Shown piece by piece: positions 36,721 through 58,228 of a stretch of 64,000 bases of DNA. How positions within the stretch are numbered: the stretch's first letter is position 1; every line of letters begins with the position of its first letter. The translations under genes were made by a program, and so were the position numbers. The notes beneath the pieces are model-generated. The model searched no databases and was not told the origin of the DNA. It was given only the letters and a program-made list of their open reading frames with translations. This DNA comes from the human T2T-CHM13v2.0 reference genome, Homo sapiens: the NCBI RefSeq assembly GCF_009914755.1, contig NC_060935.1; one strand, written 5' to 3'.

Positions 36721-38940
36721 CTTCAACTTGACCCATCTTTCTTTCAGAGAACAGCTTTCCAGTTGCCTTGAGAATAAGTCTGCAGAACCTAATTCCTACT
36801 TCTTTTCATCTTGCCAGCCATGGACGAAATCCTTCATTAATTAGGAAATCAGACAAAAAACAAACTAAAATGTTCCCAGAAAGAGGTGTCAGGAAGTAGA
36901 ATATGTATGGAATTAAGAAAAGGTCTTTATTGATCATCTGTTCCAGCCATGTTAATAGATAAGAAAAATGTGACTCAGATTAAGGAGCCATGACCAAAAA
37001 TAAACAGCCAGTCAATGGCAGAACCAAGGCTAGAATCCATTCTTCTGATTGAACAAATATGAATGAAGCAGCATAATAAATGGGTAAAATAATTACATGT
37101 ACATAATAGCTATATATTTGTATTTTTATGTCCTCTCTCCTCCAATCATTGGGGAAAGAGTTGTGGCATTTGAATGCAAATTGAAGGGTACAATTTAGCA
37201 CTGATTTTTGAAGACAGCTTGCTACACATGCTATGGGACACTAAACTGTAAAACACTAAATGTTACTTAAGGAAAGGAAGGAAGGAATTTTTAACTTCAA
37301 ATTATGTTGTTGAAAACAAACAAATTTGGACCCTATATGAACCTTAATTCAGAACTCAAAAAATACCACTATTTTAGTTCACCCTGGTTTCTCCTTTGCT
37401 TTTCTAGGCTATAAATGATAATGAAATCTATGTGAAAACTTTAATATTTCAATGTCTTAAGTCTAAGGAGGTAATTTTTCAACTTTCTGTGTTTTCTTAC
37501 TGGCCCAATTCTAGTTCTTTTTCAATGTGAAAAGAGGAACAGATTGTGGATTCAGAAGGAGGCAACAGATGCAAAGAGAAGAAACAAAACACAAAATTAT
37601 CATGATTTTAGCTCTAGTATTCCCTTCCCAAATGACATTTCAACACGAGAGGCTTCTCACTACCCAATTTACTGACATTTACTTCTAACTCTGCTTTACA
37701 AACCCATTCTGATACAAATTCAGAGAGAAATGAATGTAAAACATTTATTTCAGATTGTGCCTCATCTCACAGTAACATGTTTGACTAAATTCCAGTTCTC
37801 AGGAAGAGATAACTGAGTAAAGTTTTTCATGTAGACTTCTATCTCCAGGCTTTAAAAAATATGCTTATGTCAACCGATCCAATTCTACATGAGAAACAAA
37901 TAGTTTTCATACACATTTGCACTCACCAACAGAGAAACAATCTTGCCTAAAGCTACTCACTTTTCCTAAAATTATGGGTAGCCTGTGCAAGTTGGAAATG
38001 TCTATTTGAAAGCTTTAAAGCCAGAATTAATTTTGTTTTAAAATATTCACCAGATTTCTTCCCTCTTAACAGGAAAGTTAGTTCTTAGGGCCTGAATACA
38101 TTGCAAATGTGAAGTTTGGAAAGATCAATTGCTTCTCTTGCTCTATTTCATGCTCTCAGACTCAAAATGGCTGGCTAGATTTAGACAACACTTTTCCCCA
38201 AACACTCACTGCACCCCTCGTTGTAAAGCACAGTGTGACTGCTTACAGAAAGTTGTGAGTCATGGAAAAGCGGAGGTGATAAAGCCTTTCTGCTCTAAAC
38301 TAAATAAGAGCATTTACTGCCAACCTCAAGAGATAAAAGTCAAATCAGTCTTCCCGCAAGCCAGTGAATTAGTTCTATAACCTCCCACAAGATTCTTCTC
38401 ACATAATTTGCAAAAAGAATTAGTACAGCCTTCACCAAAGCAGTTGAAAAAGCATCCCACTTTGTTTCTGTGATTCGCTGATAAATTTATGAGAAAGAGT
38501 TGATAATTTTCTTGTCAACAGAAAGATCCAACTTAACTCTCTATTCAGTTTTGTAACTAAGTGACACCTTGCAGTTTAGATAATAAACCTTAATCAAGTA
38601 ATGAAACAAGGCAACCCTGGGCATTTTATTATGTCAAAAACAAAGGGATCTGTCACAAATTCAACCTCACCACATCCCCAAACTATCTCAGGACCTATGT
38701 GTGAGGACTCAGTCTACAGCCAAGGGATTCATGGGCCTCCAATGCCTTCAGGCTGGGCAGAAAAGGGAAAGGAAAAAGATCCAAGCCTACTATTTTATCC
38801 ATGCCTTTCTTTAGCCTGGTCGATTTTTCTCTAAAAAAGAAAGCAAAGGAGTTTTAAAAATATTTTCAACATAGCAGTCTACTATTCACAGAGACCCATA
38901 AGAAGTCCAAGATCATGTTCAAAATAAAGAAATACTGTAA

Positions 38941-39240
38941 AGCACTTTGGGATGCCAAGGCAGGAGGATCGCTTGAGGCCAAGAGTTCAAGACCTGAGGG
39001 CAACATAGTAAGACCCTGCCTACCAAAAATTTTTAAAAATTAACCAGGCATGGTGGTGTGAGCCTATAGTCCCAGCTACTAGGGAGGCTAAAGTGAGAGG
39101 ATTGCTTGAGCCCAGGAGTTGCAGTGAGATATAAGCTGCAGTGAGCTATAAGGCTGCAGTGAGCTATGATAGCACCATAGCACTCCAACCTGGGTGACGG
39201 AGTGAGAACCTGTCCCAGAATGAATGAATAAATGAATGAA
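38941..39240 (+). mobile_element. 5'-truncated AluJ with an internal triplication and (GAAT)n tail
   Basis: Starts AGCACTTTGGG; TGCAGTGAG(A/C)TAT occurs three times at 39120-39170. Confidence 0.88.
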
Positions 39241-40091
39241 CTAATTAAAGAAATAAATACGCCCACTAGCGACAACTAGGTGAATGCCCCTTCCACAGAG
39301 GTATGCATTTATTGCCGCATTTACCACTTAAGGGCCCACCACCCACTCCATTTTCCCTCCCCCTAGCACTCCCTTCCACCCCACCCACGACTTTCATAGC
39401 CCCACCATGACTCCAGACAGGAACTGGTGGGTGCCTACTGATCTCACTTGCTAAGAAGCCTCTAGTTGAAAATGATCTGGCATGCAGCCAATCACAGACC
39501 ACTCTGGAGAAGGGTTGTTTCCTGGCCCTGCTTTCCACTCCCCCACCCCACACATAGCTTCCCAGAACCGCAGCAGATGCGTCAGTATGCTCCCAACTTC
39601 CACAGAGCTAATTAGCTCACATGTGGACTTCTCCATCAGTTACACTTATCACCTACCAGGTGGGCTGCCAGGCAGCTGCATAAATGGAAAAGGAAGAGGA
39701 AAGGTGGGTGGGGCTTCCCAGGAGAGATGGGGAGGAGCGTGTTTCATCTGAAATAGGATGCATGACATTGACAAGTCACAATTCAGAAAACTCAGGCCTC
39801 TTTGGTGTTCACACCAAGAGACATCCAATCCTTATGAAAGCCTTTAGACCACGACAAAATATTAGGGATAGATGGGTTGGTGGAAAAGAAGGGCCTAGAC
39901 ATTCCAGTGACTAAGGCTGTGGCATCCTCTTAGGCTCTAAAGAAGATTTTATTATCCATATTTTATTAAGATTTCTGCCCAACACTGCAACACCTGTTGT
40001 GTGTCTTCAAAGAATCCTTAGGCAAATGGTCACTGTCTAAAATATCACAGCATGCCCATCAACGATGGACTGGATAAAGAAAATGTGGTAC

Positions 40092-40361
40092 AGCCAGCAC
40101 GGTGGCTCATGCCTGTAATCCCAGCACTTTAGTAGAAGGCCGGTGCAGGTGGATCGCTTGAGCTCAGGAGTTCAAGACTGACCTGGGCAACAAGGAGAAA
40201 CCCCATCTGTACAAAAATACCAAAAAAAAAAAAAAAAATTAGCTGGGCATGGTGGCATGCGCCTGCAGAGATGGGAGGATCACCTGAGCCCCAGAGGTCA
40301 AGGCTGCAGTAATGCATAATTGCGCCACTGCACTCCAGCCTGGGCAATAGAGGGAGATCCT
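40092..40361 (+). mobile_element. AluJb-like element
   Basis: Dimer with a deletion; TSD AAGAAAATGTGGTAC (40077-40091 / 40701-40715). Confidence 0.88.
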
Positions 40362-40707
40362 GAAGAAAAAAAAAAAAGAAAGAAAAGAAAAGAAAAGAAA
40401 AGAAAAGGGAAGGGAAGGGGAAGGGGAATGGGAAGGGGAAGGGGGAGGGAAGGGAAGGAAAGTGGGGGGGAAGGAAGGGAGAAAGGAAGAAAGGAAGGAA
40501 GAAGGAAGGAAGGAAAGGAAGAGAGAGAGAAAGAGAAAGAAAGGAAAAGAAAAAGAAAAGAAAGAAGAAGAAGGAAGGAAGGGAGGGAGAGATGGAAGGA
40601 AGGAAAGAGGAAGAAAGAAAGAAAAAGAAAAAGAAAGAAAGATAGATAGAAAGAAAGAAAGAAAGAAAGAAAGAAGGAAAGAAAGAAAGAAAAAGAAAAG
40701 AAGAAAA
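40362..40707. repeat. About 345-bp compound polypurine microsatellite (GAAAA, GGGAA, GGAA, GAAA units)
   Basis: Almost pure A/G; lies between the Alu body and its 3' TSD. Confidence 0.95.
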
Positions 40708-42754
40708 TGTGGTACCTATACCCCCATGGAATACTATGCAGTCTTAAAAAGAATGAGATCATTTCTTTTGCAGCAACATGGATGCAGCTGAAGGCCATTA
40801 TCCTAAGCAAATTAACACAATAACAGAAAAGCAAATAACACATGTTCTAACTTACAGGTGGGAGCTAAACATTAAATACACATGGACGTAAAGATGGGAA
40901 TAACAGACACTGGGTACTACTTGAGGTGGGAGGGTGGGAGGAGGACGTGTGCTGAAAAACTACGTATCAGATACTATACTCACTACCTGGGTGATGGGAT
41001 CCTTTGTACACCAAACCACAGCAACATGCAATTTACCCATGTAACAAACCTGTACATGTGACCCCTGAACCTAAATTAAAAGTCAAAAAAATTTTTAATT
41101 CAAAAATTAGTGGATTTAGTAATTAATTAAAACCAGGAAAAATTAAAATAAAATATATTACAGCATATTGCAGATGTCATTGGCAACTATGGCACCCTGA
41201 GATTTTGAGCACACACTCTCACATATATGCCTTGTATAAGAATCTCATTCAGTTTTGAAATGCTACCTGAGGCCTAGATGTGGATTGCCTCTTCCAACTA
41301 GAAAAAGCAATAGAATTAGTAAGTGCGTGTGTGTGTCTGTGTGTGAAGGGAGGGGGTGGGAGTGTAGAGGACTGTTAAATACTAGGGTTGGAAAACAAAA
41401 ATGCTAGGGAAAACCAGTGGATCAAGTAACATGGCCTTCCAGGCCAGTTTAAGGAATATCTTAGGTCCTAATGGCACTTTCCAGTTTGTAAGCATATCTT
41501 TTTAGTTTACAAGAAGCCTCATTCAGCCTAAAACTACCAAGATGTGCCATGATTTACTACAAGTTGAAAACAGAATCCTATATCCAAATATCATGTTTCT
41601 TCAAGCAGTTTGTACTAACTGTGAGTAAATATATTATCCCTGGCATTCACAAATGTTGGAGAGAACTGGGAGAAATCTTAAAAACCTAAAGATTCCTAAA
41701 GCCTCTAAGCCAAAGTAAACAGGCCAAGTGTGCTAATCATACAACAAACGTAGAAGGCTGAGACCTTCGCTCAGAGCTTTACGAAGGTACACTAAATCTC
41801 ACTTTGATTCAAGCAGGATTTTCAAGATACGAATTTCACTAAGGCACAAACTGAATAGAATCACGTCGGTATAATCCTCACATATTTCTGCCAGCTGGGA
41901 TCCTGGATGTTGAGATGTGACTGCCTCTCCAAGGGCCTGAAACCACCAGTCTGTTTTACATGGGTCGCCACACAGCCATCAGATGGAAACACTCTGTGGT
42001 CACTACGCTAACAGATCCAAATCACCTACGTCAAAAGAAAAGGCTACAGCTCCCATTTCCAATCTCCCAAGCCACCCCAGTCCCTCTGCAATGGATAGAG
42101 AGACTAAATGAATTGTTTACTTAATTGTGCTGTGCAAGCTGGATAATTGCATGCTTTCCAGGAAGGCTTTGTAACCAATGAGATGGCACTGAATCTGCCA
42201 AAACCTGTACCTTGAAGCCAACATCCTTTCTTTCTATAGACCCTCTCCTATCAGAAATAAAGGCAACCCTGGTATTATTTCTAGAGGAGGCAAAACCATG
42301 GTAAAAACATCAAAGATCATGTCTTTCAAAATGGAAAAATCTCCATTAAGCTGAACCCACTGAGAACCGCTATCTCCATATTTGCCAGTGTGGAAATTTT
42401 AGAGTCACAAACCTTGATTTAACTAACTCATTACACACTGAAACAGCCAACAAATGGCAAAATAATCTACCTTAGCAGGAGAACAATTGGTCCATTACAT
42501 AGAAAGACCACATTTTAAGAGGAGAAGGGAGATACAATTAAAAAAAGGGGGTTGGGAAGTATTTTTAAATTATCCAATAGTGTGCAAGAAGACTACAAAG
42601 ATGGAAAATGGGATTTTATTTATTTGTCAGTCTTCAACAGGACTAAAAAATCGATTAATGCCAAAGTAGAAAATACTGAAATGATGTATTGAGGGAAAAA
42701 AGAAAACCCTTAAGGGTAGCAACAACCAAATGTTTAGGCAAAGAAAACCCCATA

Positions 42755-43123
42755 TGCTATGATTTGAATGTGCCCCCCAAAGTTCATGTGTCAGAAACAA
42801 TTCCCAATGCAACAGTGTTGAGAGGTGGGAATTTAAGAGGTGATTGGGTCATGAGGGCTTTGCCCTCATGAGTGTATTAATTTGTTAGCAAGGAAAGGAG
42901 TGAAAGGAGTGGTTTGGCCCCCTTCCTTCCCCCTCCCTACTCCCACACTCTCTTGTCCTTCCGCCTTCCACATTGGAATAATGCAGCAAGAAGGTCCTCT
43001 TCAGATGCTGGCCCCCGGACCTTAGACCCCTCACCTTCAGAACTGTGAGAAATAAACTTCTGTTCTTTATCAATTACCCAGTCTGTGGTATGCTGTTATA
43101 GCAGCACAAAACAAACTGAGACA
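42755..43123 (+). mobile_element. MSTD/MLT1A-type solo LTR
   Basis: TGCTATGATTTGAATGTG...CTGAGACA; 5-bp TSD CCATA. Confidence 0.85.
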
Positions 43124-43720
43124 CCATATTACTTAATAATTAGTCAAGAGAACAAAGCTAAATGAGATGCTTTTAAAACTCCTTCCCCAAAGCCATTTAT
43201 AAAACGTGTTTGAAATGTTAACAAACACAATGGAAGTTCTCAAATCCAAATACTTGCTTTTGGTAAAGTAACTATTTGCAGCACTTCATACTTACTTCGT
43301 TGATTTCCTTCTGAGCAGGCAATACATTTAGAGACATGTTCACAACTGAAAAGTACCTCTCCTATCCAGATCTCCAGCCACCCGTTCTCCTTCCCAGAGG
43401 CAACCACTGTTACTGATTTCTTATTATTCTTCCAGATCTTAGATCCAAATACTCTTTAAACTCAATTTTGCAATATTTTTCCATCTATATGTTCTTTCCC
43501 ATTACCCTCTTGTTTTTATTTCTTATAATGGTTTTCATTAATAGCAATCAGAGTGTTTTTTCCTAGATAGGTCTATGTTCATACAGAGTTTCAGCTTCTC
43601 CAACTGGCTATTTCTTCTCAGATGCCATAATCTCCCATGATACAGTCTAATCGACATGCCTCACTAACAGGATTAAGAGTTTAAAGGAACAGTACTCCTC
43701 AGGAACTGCCAAGAGTGTGA

Positions 43721-44028
<308 letters not shown>

Positions 44029-44727
44029 GAAAATGCTATTTTTATGCAAATATCCTTCAAAAATCTAGGAGGTTCAAAAAAATGGAAAATACAGTGTAGC
44101 TGCTACCAAGATGAAGTTTTAAGAATGTTTCAATCTTGACAGGACAATGTTACCCTGACTCAAGCGCCAGTTGGCTTGGCTGTTGGATGTCAGTCAACCT
44201 TTTCTGATTTTTCAGGGTTAGATTGTCCCAGAGCAATATTTGTCTGAAACACACCCTTGAATGAGTTTGGGAATGGGAAAGAAATGATGGGTAGTGGGAG
44301 GGTCAGGAGGGAGGATAGGAGAGCACCACACATAGTCAGGGGAGGCTTTCAAAAGAGTCTTGACTCTAAGAATACCCAAAAAGAAAGGTAATGCAAATTT
44401 CAAACATACCACATGCATTTTCTTTTCCTTCCCAAATCCCACTAAGGCTATTTTTTTAAATCCAGGTTCTAGTCCTGGTTTTGTCATGACCTTAATTTAC
44501 CCTTCACCTAATCACCTTTGACTCAGTTTCTTCATCTATAAACTGAGGGGCTTGGCCTCACTGAGTTCTAATGTCCTTTATACATTTAATCTTCTATGAG
44601 TCTAAGATGCAATTTCTCTCCATATGTTGAATTATAAGCCTACTATGTGGGTATAAAATTCCTTCAATTTCCCACAACTTATTTGCCATGAAATAACAAA
44701 CTGTGTAGACTTTTAAATGTTTTCAAG

Positions 44728-45030
<303 letters not shown>

Positions 45031-45059
45031 TTAAACCTTCATCAGAGAAGTTACTCTAA

Positions 45060-46017
45060 TGGACAGTTGTCATTCTGAAGATGTCCAGCATCCACTCCTC
45101 CTCTTTTACAACACCTGATTTCTTTTAGAAGTATCTGCATTCAATTTGGGGGGATAAATCTAAGTGTTTGCCTCCCCAAACTACAAAGTTTAAGAAGAAC
45201 CAGAAAGTTTCTTCTTCCAGGCTTTCCCTTCATAAATCAATACATCCATAGGATGGACATGTGACCTACCAACTTTTCTCCCCCAGGACTTCTCTAGCAG
45301 AACAACACAGGAGCAAAACAAACAGCTAGCATTCATTCTCTCTAGAAGCAGTAATTTCTTCTACAAAGTTTTCTGTTCTTCAGCTTTCCCTTCAATCCTA
45401 CAAACAACCCCATATTCGTCCAGTAAATTCCCTTTTTTACTTTAGTGGTTTGCCACATAACAATCCATTCCAAAACTTAACAGCTTAAGATAATAATCAT
45501 TTATATACTCACCATTCTATGAATTGGCAATTAGGATAGGGCTCAGATGGGATGGTGTAGCTCCGCTCCATGTGGTGTCAGCTGGATTCACTTAAGCATC
45601 TGCAATCAGTGGGCAGATCAGCTGGGGGCTGACTGATCCCAAATGGCCTCACTCGCTCACTTTGTAGAAACCAAATGAAGTGCCGGCTGGAGCACCTTAG
45701 TTCTCCATGTGTCCTCTCATTCTCAAGTAAATTAAACAAGGCTTCATTGCATGATGGAGAAATGTTCTGAGAGGATGAAAGGAAAAACTGCAACTTCCCT
45801 TTTCCTACATTCTATTCGTCAAATATAATTTTTAAATCAGCCTAGATTCAAGGGATAGGAGAATAGATTCCATCTTAATTAGAGAAGTGACCAAGAAACC
45901 TTTCCAAGAAAAGTGGATACAAGAAAAAATGAATCACTGGGGTCTCTTACTGTAAGCAATCTACCATGTTGGGCTTGGTGTTTGTTGCTTGTGACATAAG
46001 GACACTAACTGATCCAC
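45060..46017. mobile_element. Old ERVL-type LTR interrupted by a minus-strand MLT1 LTR (about 45445-45968)
   Basis: CAGTAAATTCCCTTTT...TGTTGCTTG...CTAACTGA flank the MLT1-type TAACAATCCATTCCAAAACTTAA...CTAGATTCAAGGG. Confidence 0.5.
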
Positions 46018-46327
46018 AATCAGTGTAATGTGACACAAAACACATTAGATTGTTGAGGCCTTAACATCTGGGACATTTTCCCTGTTTATACCTCACATCT
46101 CAATGGGATTAATCGGAAAGAATGTGGGTGTTGTGGTAGTGAGGGTATAAGAAGCACAAAATTTAAAGTGAAACTGCCTTGGTTCCAGACCTGCAGGTTA
46201 CTTAGCTGTGCAATTTTGAACTTAATTAATCTCTGTGATTTTCATTCAAAATAAAAAGGGGAGTGACAATATCTGCCCTGAGTTGCAGAATTGTTGTGAA
46301 TATTAAACAGTGTAACTCCATGAACTT

Positions 46328-47721
<1,394 letters not shown>

Positions 47722-48091
47722 TATTAAACATTATATAAGGTTTAACTATTGCCAGTTGTTATTAAGGAAGGAAAGACTAGACCTCATACTTGGTGCATGA
47801 AAGAAGGGGTTAGATTTAATTCAAACTTGCACTCAGCTCTAACAATTTTCATCTTTGTCCCTGTATTAATGCTAACTAGGCAGCAATGAAAGGAGAAGGA
47901 AGGACTGAAAACACAGCTATATTTTAACCTTTCGCATAGGGCTAGAAGGAAATTCCTGGAGAGGAAAACAGGGCATAACCAAACCTAAAGTTCATCTAAA
48001 AGTGGGGAGATTTGTCCAAATTAAGTAGATCTTTTATCACTCTTTATTTCCAAGGCAAGAAGGAAAATCCTTCAATATTGTTTTCCATGAA

Positions 48092-48830
<739 letters not shown>

Positions 48831-49696
48831 AATACACTTATCTGTTCAGTGGCCTATTTTAGTGGCCCAAGTAGCAGATTGACTCTTTCACCACTGTCTT
48901 ACATCCTTCTAGGCAGTAAAAGTACCAATAAAGCAGAAACACATAGGAAAAAAAATGCCCTTCCCACAGTGTTGGATATTTAGAGGAACAAAGCTTATGG
49001 TTGTTTGCAAAGTCCTAATACAGATTCAAATAGTCAAAACTCAAACACAGACCTGGCTTAAGAGTTGTTTGGTTGGAAGGGAGATGAGAGGATGTAAAGA
49101 GGGTACTAGTTCACAGCAAACTCATTATAAAACAGAAGCCCTAAAATGTAATTCAGTATAAGGCTGTACTCACGTAAGTGTCTAGAGCAAAACAAAGGAA
49201 GTGTTAGCTCAGTTCTGGTCCCAGGTTAAAAGGCACATTTAACAAAAAGAAAGAAATTGAGGTGAGGGCAAGCAAGCTGGTGTAGATATCCCCATTCTGT
49301 GAAGGATGGGAGAAGGAACTTGGGTTCTGTAGCTGAGAGCAAAGAAGACACAGTAGAAATGTGACTGGCATTTCACTTATCTGATGTGCCATCACTTTAT
49401 TTTGCATGGTTCCAAGCAGAATTAGGACCTATGACTGAAGTAAAATAAAATAGATTTTAACTCAATAAAAGAGAAAACCTTCTTGAGAATCAGAACTTTC
49501 CAGAATTGGAATGCACTAGTTTGTAAGGGAGTGAGTTACTTGACATGGTGGTGAATTTTTTTAAGAAAAGACCATAATGATATTCAGGGCCTATTCTGAA
49601 ACTAAGAATAAAAAATAAAAGCATTGTTGTATCTTGAAATCCTTGGAAAATTAAAGTGATTTTGATTCTAGGCTGCCTATAAGTGAAGGAGATTAA

Positions 49697-50065
<369 letters not shown>

Positions 50066-50179
50066 TAACATTGTATTAATACTGTATTTTCCCGTTACAT
50101 GTGAAACTATTTTTAAGTGGTTAATACACAATAACCCAGGAATCGAATAAATGCTCTCTGAGAAAAATGATGATGCTTG

Positions 50180-50660
50180 TATTGACCAGAACTCTTTCAA
50201 TTGCAAGAGAAAGAAACTCAACTAGAGAGTTTGATGGGGAAAAATAAGAAACACGATGGCAGGAATAAATCTTACTTCCAGCATGGATGCTCAAACAATA
50301 TGGTCAGAAATCTTTCTGTATCTCTTGGGTCAATTTTTCCTGAGCTGGCTTCAGTCTCAGGCAGACTCTCACCATGTGGAAGCCAAGCTCACCTCTGTCA
50401 GTTTCATACTTCCTTCTCTAGCCCAGCAATGTCAATGGGCAGAGAACTCCATTTTTCTCAAAAGTTTCTTAATCGACTTAGACTAACCTAGCTTCAGACA
50501 CAAACCCATAATTAACTCAATTACTATAGACTTTGTATGACTAGGCTTGGATCACACAAACTGAGAATAGGGCAAGGATCATTTCTACATGAAAAGAGGG
50601 CTTCTGTTATCTGAAATACAGGATGTTTGGAAGAGAAAAATAATACATGTCTACTAGGAT
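50180..50660 (-). mobile_element. MLT1 (J/K-like) LTR
   Basis: TTGCAAGAGAAAGAAACTCAACT...GGATGCTCAAACAAT...GGTCAG. Confidence 0.5.
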
Positions 50661-52229
50661 AACAATGAATGGAAGGTTTTTAAATGGCAACTTTATTACA
50701 ATTCTGGGCCTATCCTAAATCTCAAAATAGGAAATGAAAACAACATGTATCATAAAATCTATGAGAAAATAAACTGAATTTGATTCTAGGCCTTAATCTA
50801 AAATTCTAATGCTCAGGCAAATAACAATTTTAACATGTCTGTCTTTTCACCAATTCCTTTTTTTCTCTTAAGATGTCTCTGTTCACAGACAACCTCACCA
50901 GACAAAATAATAGCAAACAAAGGGAAAAGCATAAAAAGTTTATTGAAGTGGATGAAGGCACGGCATGTAAAGAAAAATTCTTCATTAATAGCTGAAAAAA
51001 TCTTTCTCTATATTTAATATTTAGGTGACAGATTTCTGTTTCAAGAGAAGTAAACATTACAGTCATGAATAGCAAACAGAAACACAAACTCCATTTATTT
51101 GTAAAATAAACTCATTTTCTTTTCAAATCAATGCAAAAAATGACCCAATGCCATATGTTCCATTTGCCATGATTCTAAGACAGCAAAGCTATACAATTTC
51201 TAGATCATTAGCTTGTCTTCCTATTTTTCCATGTCTTACAGTTCTGCTAGGTAAGCATTCGTTCATTCACTTTGATAATCCTACCTTTTATACGTTGGAT
51301 TTGCTCAATTACTCCATGCAAAAACTACTGCTGCCAGCGGGTGGGGGTATAGAGGAGAAAAGGGCCCACCCCATAGTTTCTCTAAAAGAGCAAGAACTAA
51401 GACTATATTTCCAGTGGCTTCAAACAAAAGGGGGTTTTGTCTTTTGCTAGTCTTGAGTTTGAAAAAGGCATTCATACCCCCTCATTTTACACCATTGGAG
51501 CCAGGATGAATGCCACAGTACTCAGGGATAGCACAATGGGGCCAAGCAGCAGCATGTCAGCTCTGTAAGTAGTGGGTGACAAGATGGGTAATGTGTACCT
51601 GCAGTCATGTGGGGCTTGTGGAAGGGTCCTTGAGGTGAAGAGGAACAATCAAGGGGTTTCAGGTTATCTGTATAAAACCAGATAAGTAAAGTTCTGCAAA
51701 TAAATCCCCAAATCTGACCTGAAAAATGTAATCCAGAGTCATTGCAATGATCTACGACAGAAACCCTGAGGATAGAAAGTTGTGTATCATTCCTTGTATC
51801 TCCCGTGTTTACTGCATTCCTTAGCTATCCAAAGAGAGATTTTTGCTGGCTTAAGCCATCTGAAATGGTTGCATGAGATTGAGGCCATTATGAAAAAAAA
51901 AATGTGCTCAATACCTGAGACAAGCTGTGGAATTCACACTAAATAGCTTCATCTATGTGACTTAGGATATAAAGTCATCAGTAGATGGTTACCCAAGAAA
52001 TGAAAGTGGAACTAGAACACAAACTAAAGATACATGAACAAACAAACATGTTATCAGGATGTAGGAGGAAACAGTAACAAGGGGTATGAAAGAATGCAGC
52101 AACTCATGACAGGTGCAACTTGACACACTTCAATTTTACTACTTCTTTTTTGCAGATAAACTCAGGAATTGACAAATAAACAAATATAATAATAAGCGTG
52201 AGAAGATCAAGGTGGTTTATCATGCATGG

Positions 52230-52630
52230 ATAAATAATTTTAATAAGTCCAGCACAGAGGATGTTGTTGAATCCTTTCTATAACTCCAGGAGGTAGTCAC
52301 TAGTAATATCTCCATTGTATAAGACAGGAAAGTAGATCTCAGAGAATTCTGTGTAACTTATCTAAAGGCACATAGCTAGCAAAGGCAGAGCCAGGATTTT
52401 AACTCAATCAGTCAGATTCCCTGTGCTCTGTGCTTTACCATCAATGCTTTTTTCTTAAGCACTTTGCATGTACTTGCACATTTAATTTACTTCTTATAGC
52501 AATCCCATAATAGAAATTATTTCCATTTTTCCAATAGAAAACTGAGAAGGTAAATCATTTGTTCTTGACTCTAGTGGCAGAGCCAAGATTGGAATTTATG
52601 TCTGTCTGACTCTAGAACCTAGTATCCTAG
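52230..52630 (-). mobile_element. MIR fragments (two)
   Basis: GGCAGAGCCAGGATTTTAACTC; GTGGCAGAGCCAAGATTGGAA...TCTGTCTGACTC. Confidence 0.6.
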
Positions 52631-52634
52631 ACAA

Positions 52635-53405
<771 letters not shown>

Positions 53406-54139
53406 AACCAACAAGTACTATCTCATGAGTGAGGAAGACAGACTACAGACTTAGATAATGTAGAAGGCAGGTGTGAGTTCATAAGGGAACCAGTCACACT
53501 AATATTCTAATTACTGTTTCCTTTCTATGAAATCACCATTGTAATACATTATTCATTCTGAAAGATGATAAAGTATTCTATACAAAAGTCACCTACAAAA
53601 CATCATCTAATTAAAAAAAAACAAACAACAAACAACTATCTGGGATATAACAAATAACAAGTACTGGGAAAAGAGATAGGATTTTCATTTCTTCTTTTTA
53701 CTTTGCTTTATGACATTTCAACTGACTAGGTATCTATTCAAAATGGAGTATCTCAATTGGTTCTTAGTAGAATGCATTAGAACAACACAGCTAGAATTCA
53801 TTAGGACATACCAACGCAAAATCCCCTTCAAAACAAGTGTACTGAAGTGAGCCCAAAACATACTATTCTGACATTCCACATCAGTATGTCTGGAAATGAC
53901 TTCAGTTACCTTCATTTAATCCCTACACTGTATGTTGTGTCTCTTGGGTGTGTGTTTTTGGGTTATGCAATGCAAATCTCCTTTATCCTCTATTTGACAG
54001 ATATCAGAAAAGATTGTAGGAACAATTCTTCAGTTATATACTCACTCTTCAGTCTCTGGTTAATGAAAGAATCCCTGGTTCTTCCAATTGAATATGAGAA
54101 ACTTTTAATTTTTTAATGTAAAAAAAAAATGCACTCCTA

Positions 54140-54436
54140 AGCCAGGCACAGTGGCTCACACCTGTATTCCCAGAACTTTGGGAGGCCGAGGTGGGAGGAT
54201 TGCTTGAGCCCAAGAGTTCAAGACTAGGCTGGGCAATATGGTAAAACCCGTCTCTACAAAAAATACAAAAATTAGCTCGGTGTGGTGGTGCACACCTGTA
54301 GTTCCAGCTACTAGGGGGGCTGAGGTGGGAGGATCACCTGAGTTCAGGAGGTCAAGGCTGGAGTGAGCCATGATTGTGCCACTGCACTCCAACCTGAGCA
54401 ATGGGAGTGAGATCCTGTCTCAAAAAAAAAAAAAAA
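54140..54436 (+). mobile_element. AluJb
   Basis: Full dimer with poly(A) tail. Confidence 0.9.
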
Positions 54437-54854
54437 TTCCTCTAAAAAGTAATTTTTCTGTATTTCAATATCCACTAAAGTGATCATAACTTATGACACT
54501 CCACATCTGGATACTTATTCTAATGAAATAATAAAAGGTTTTATATTGGCAAAGATGCTCATGGAAGCATATTTTAAAAACAAAAAAGCTGTAAAGAAAC
54601 AAAATATAAAACAGTAGAGAAAACAATGTTAAATAAATGATGGTTTGCCCCTAAAGAAAATATATGGCTGGTATTTAAAAATAAATGAAAAAATTTCAAA
54701 GAGAAAGCACTGAGAATTAAGTTAAATCTTTCCTGATGTCTTTCAAAGAGATGACAAAGGAGATTTGCAGTTCATGACCCAGAACCGCATGTCCAAAAGA
54801 GGCAACATACAGCATAAGGATTAAACGAACAGGTTCTAAAGATATAACAGATAT

Positions 54855-58228
<3,374 letters not shown>

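Larger units (their letters stand above)
40050..41095 (+). mobile_element. L1PA15/16-like 3' end interrupted by AluJ and a purine-rich array
   Basis: CCCATCAAC...GGATAAAGAAAATGTGGTAC; resumes at 40701; CACCAAACCACAGCAACATGCAATTTACCCATGTAACAAACCTG. Confidence 0.8.

Noticed and set aside
40298-40843. 181-aa and 109-aa K/R/E- or F/S/L-rich ORFs
   Set aside because: Translation of the polypurine microsatellite.
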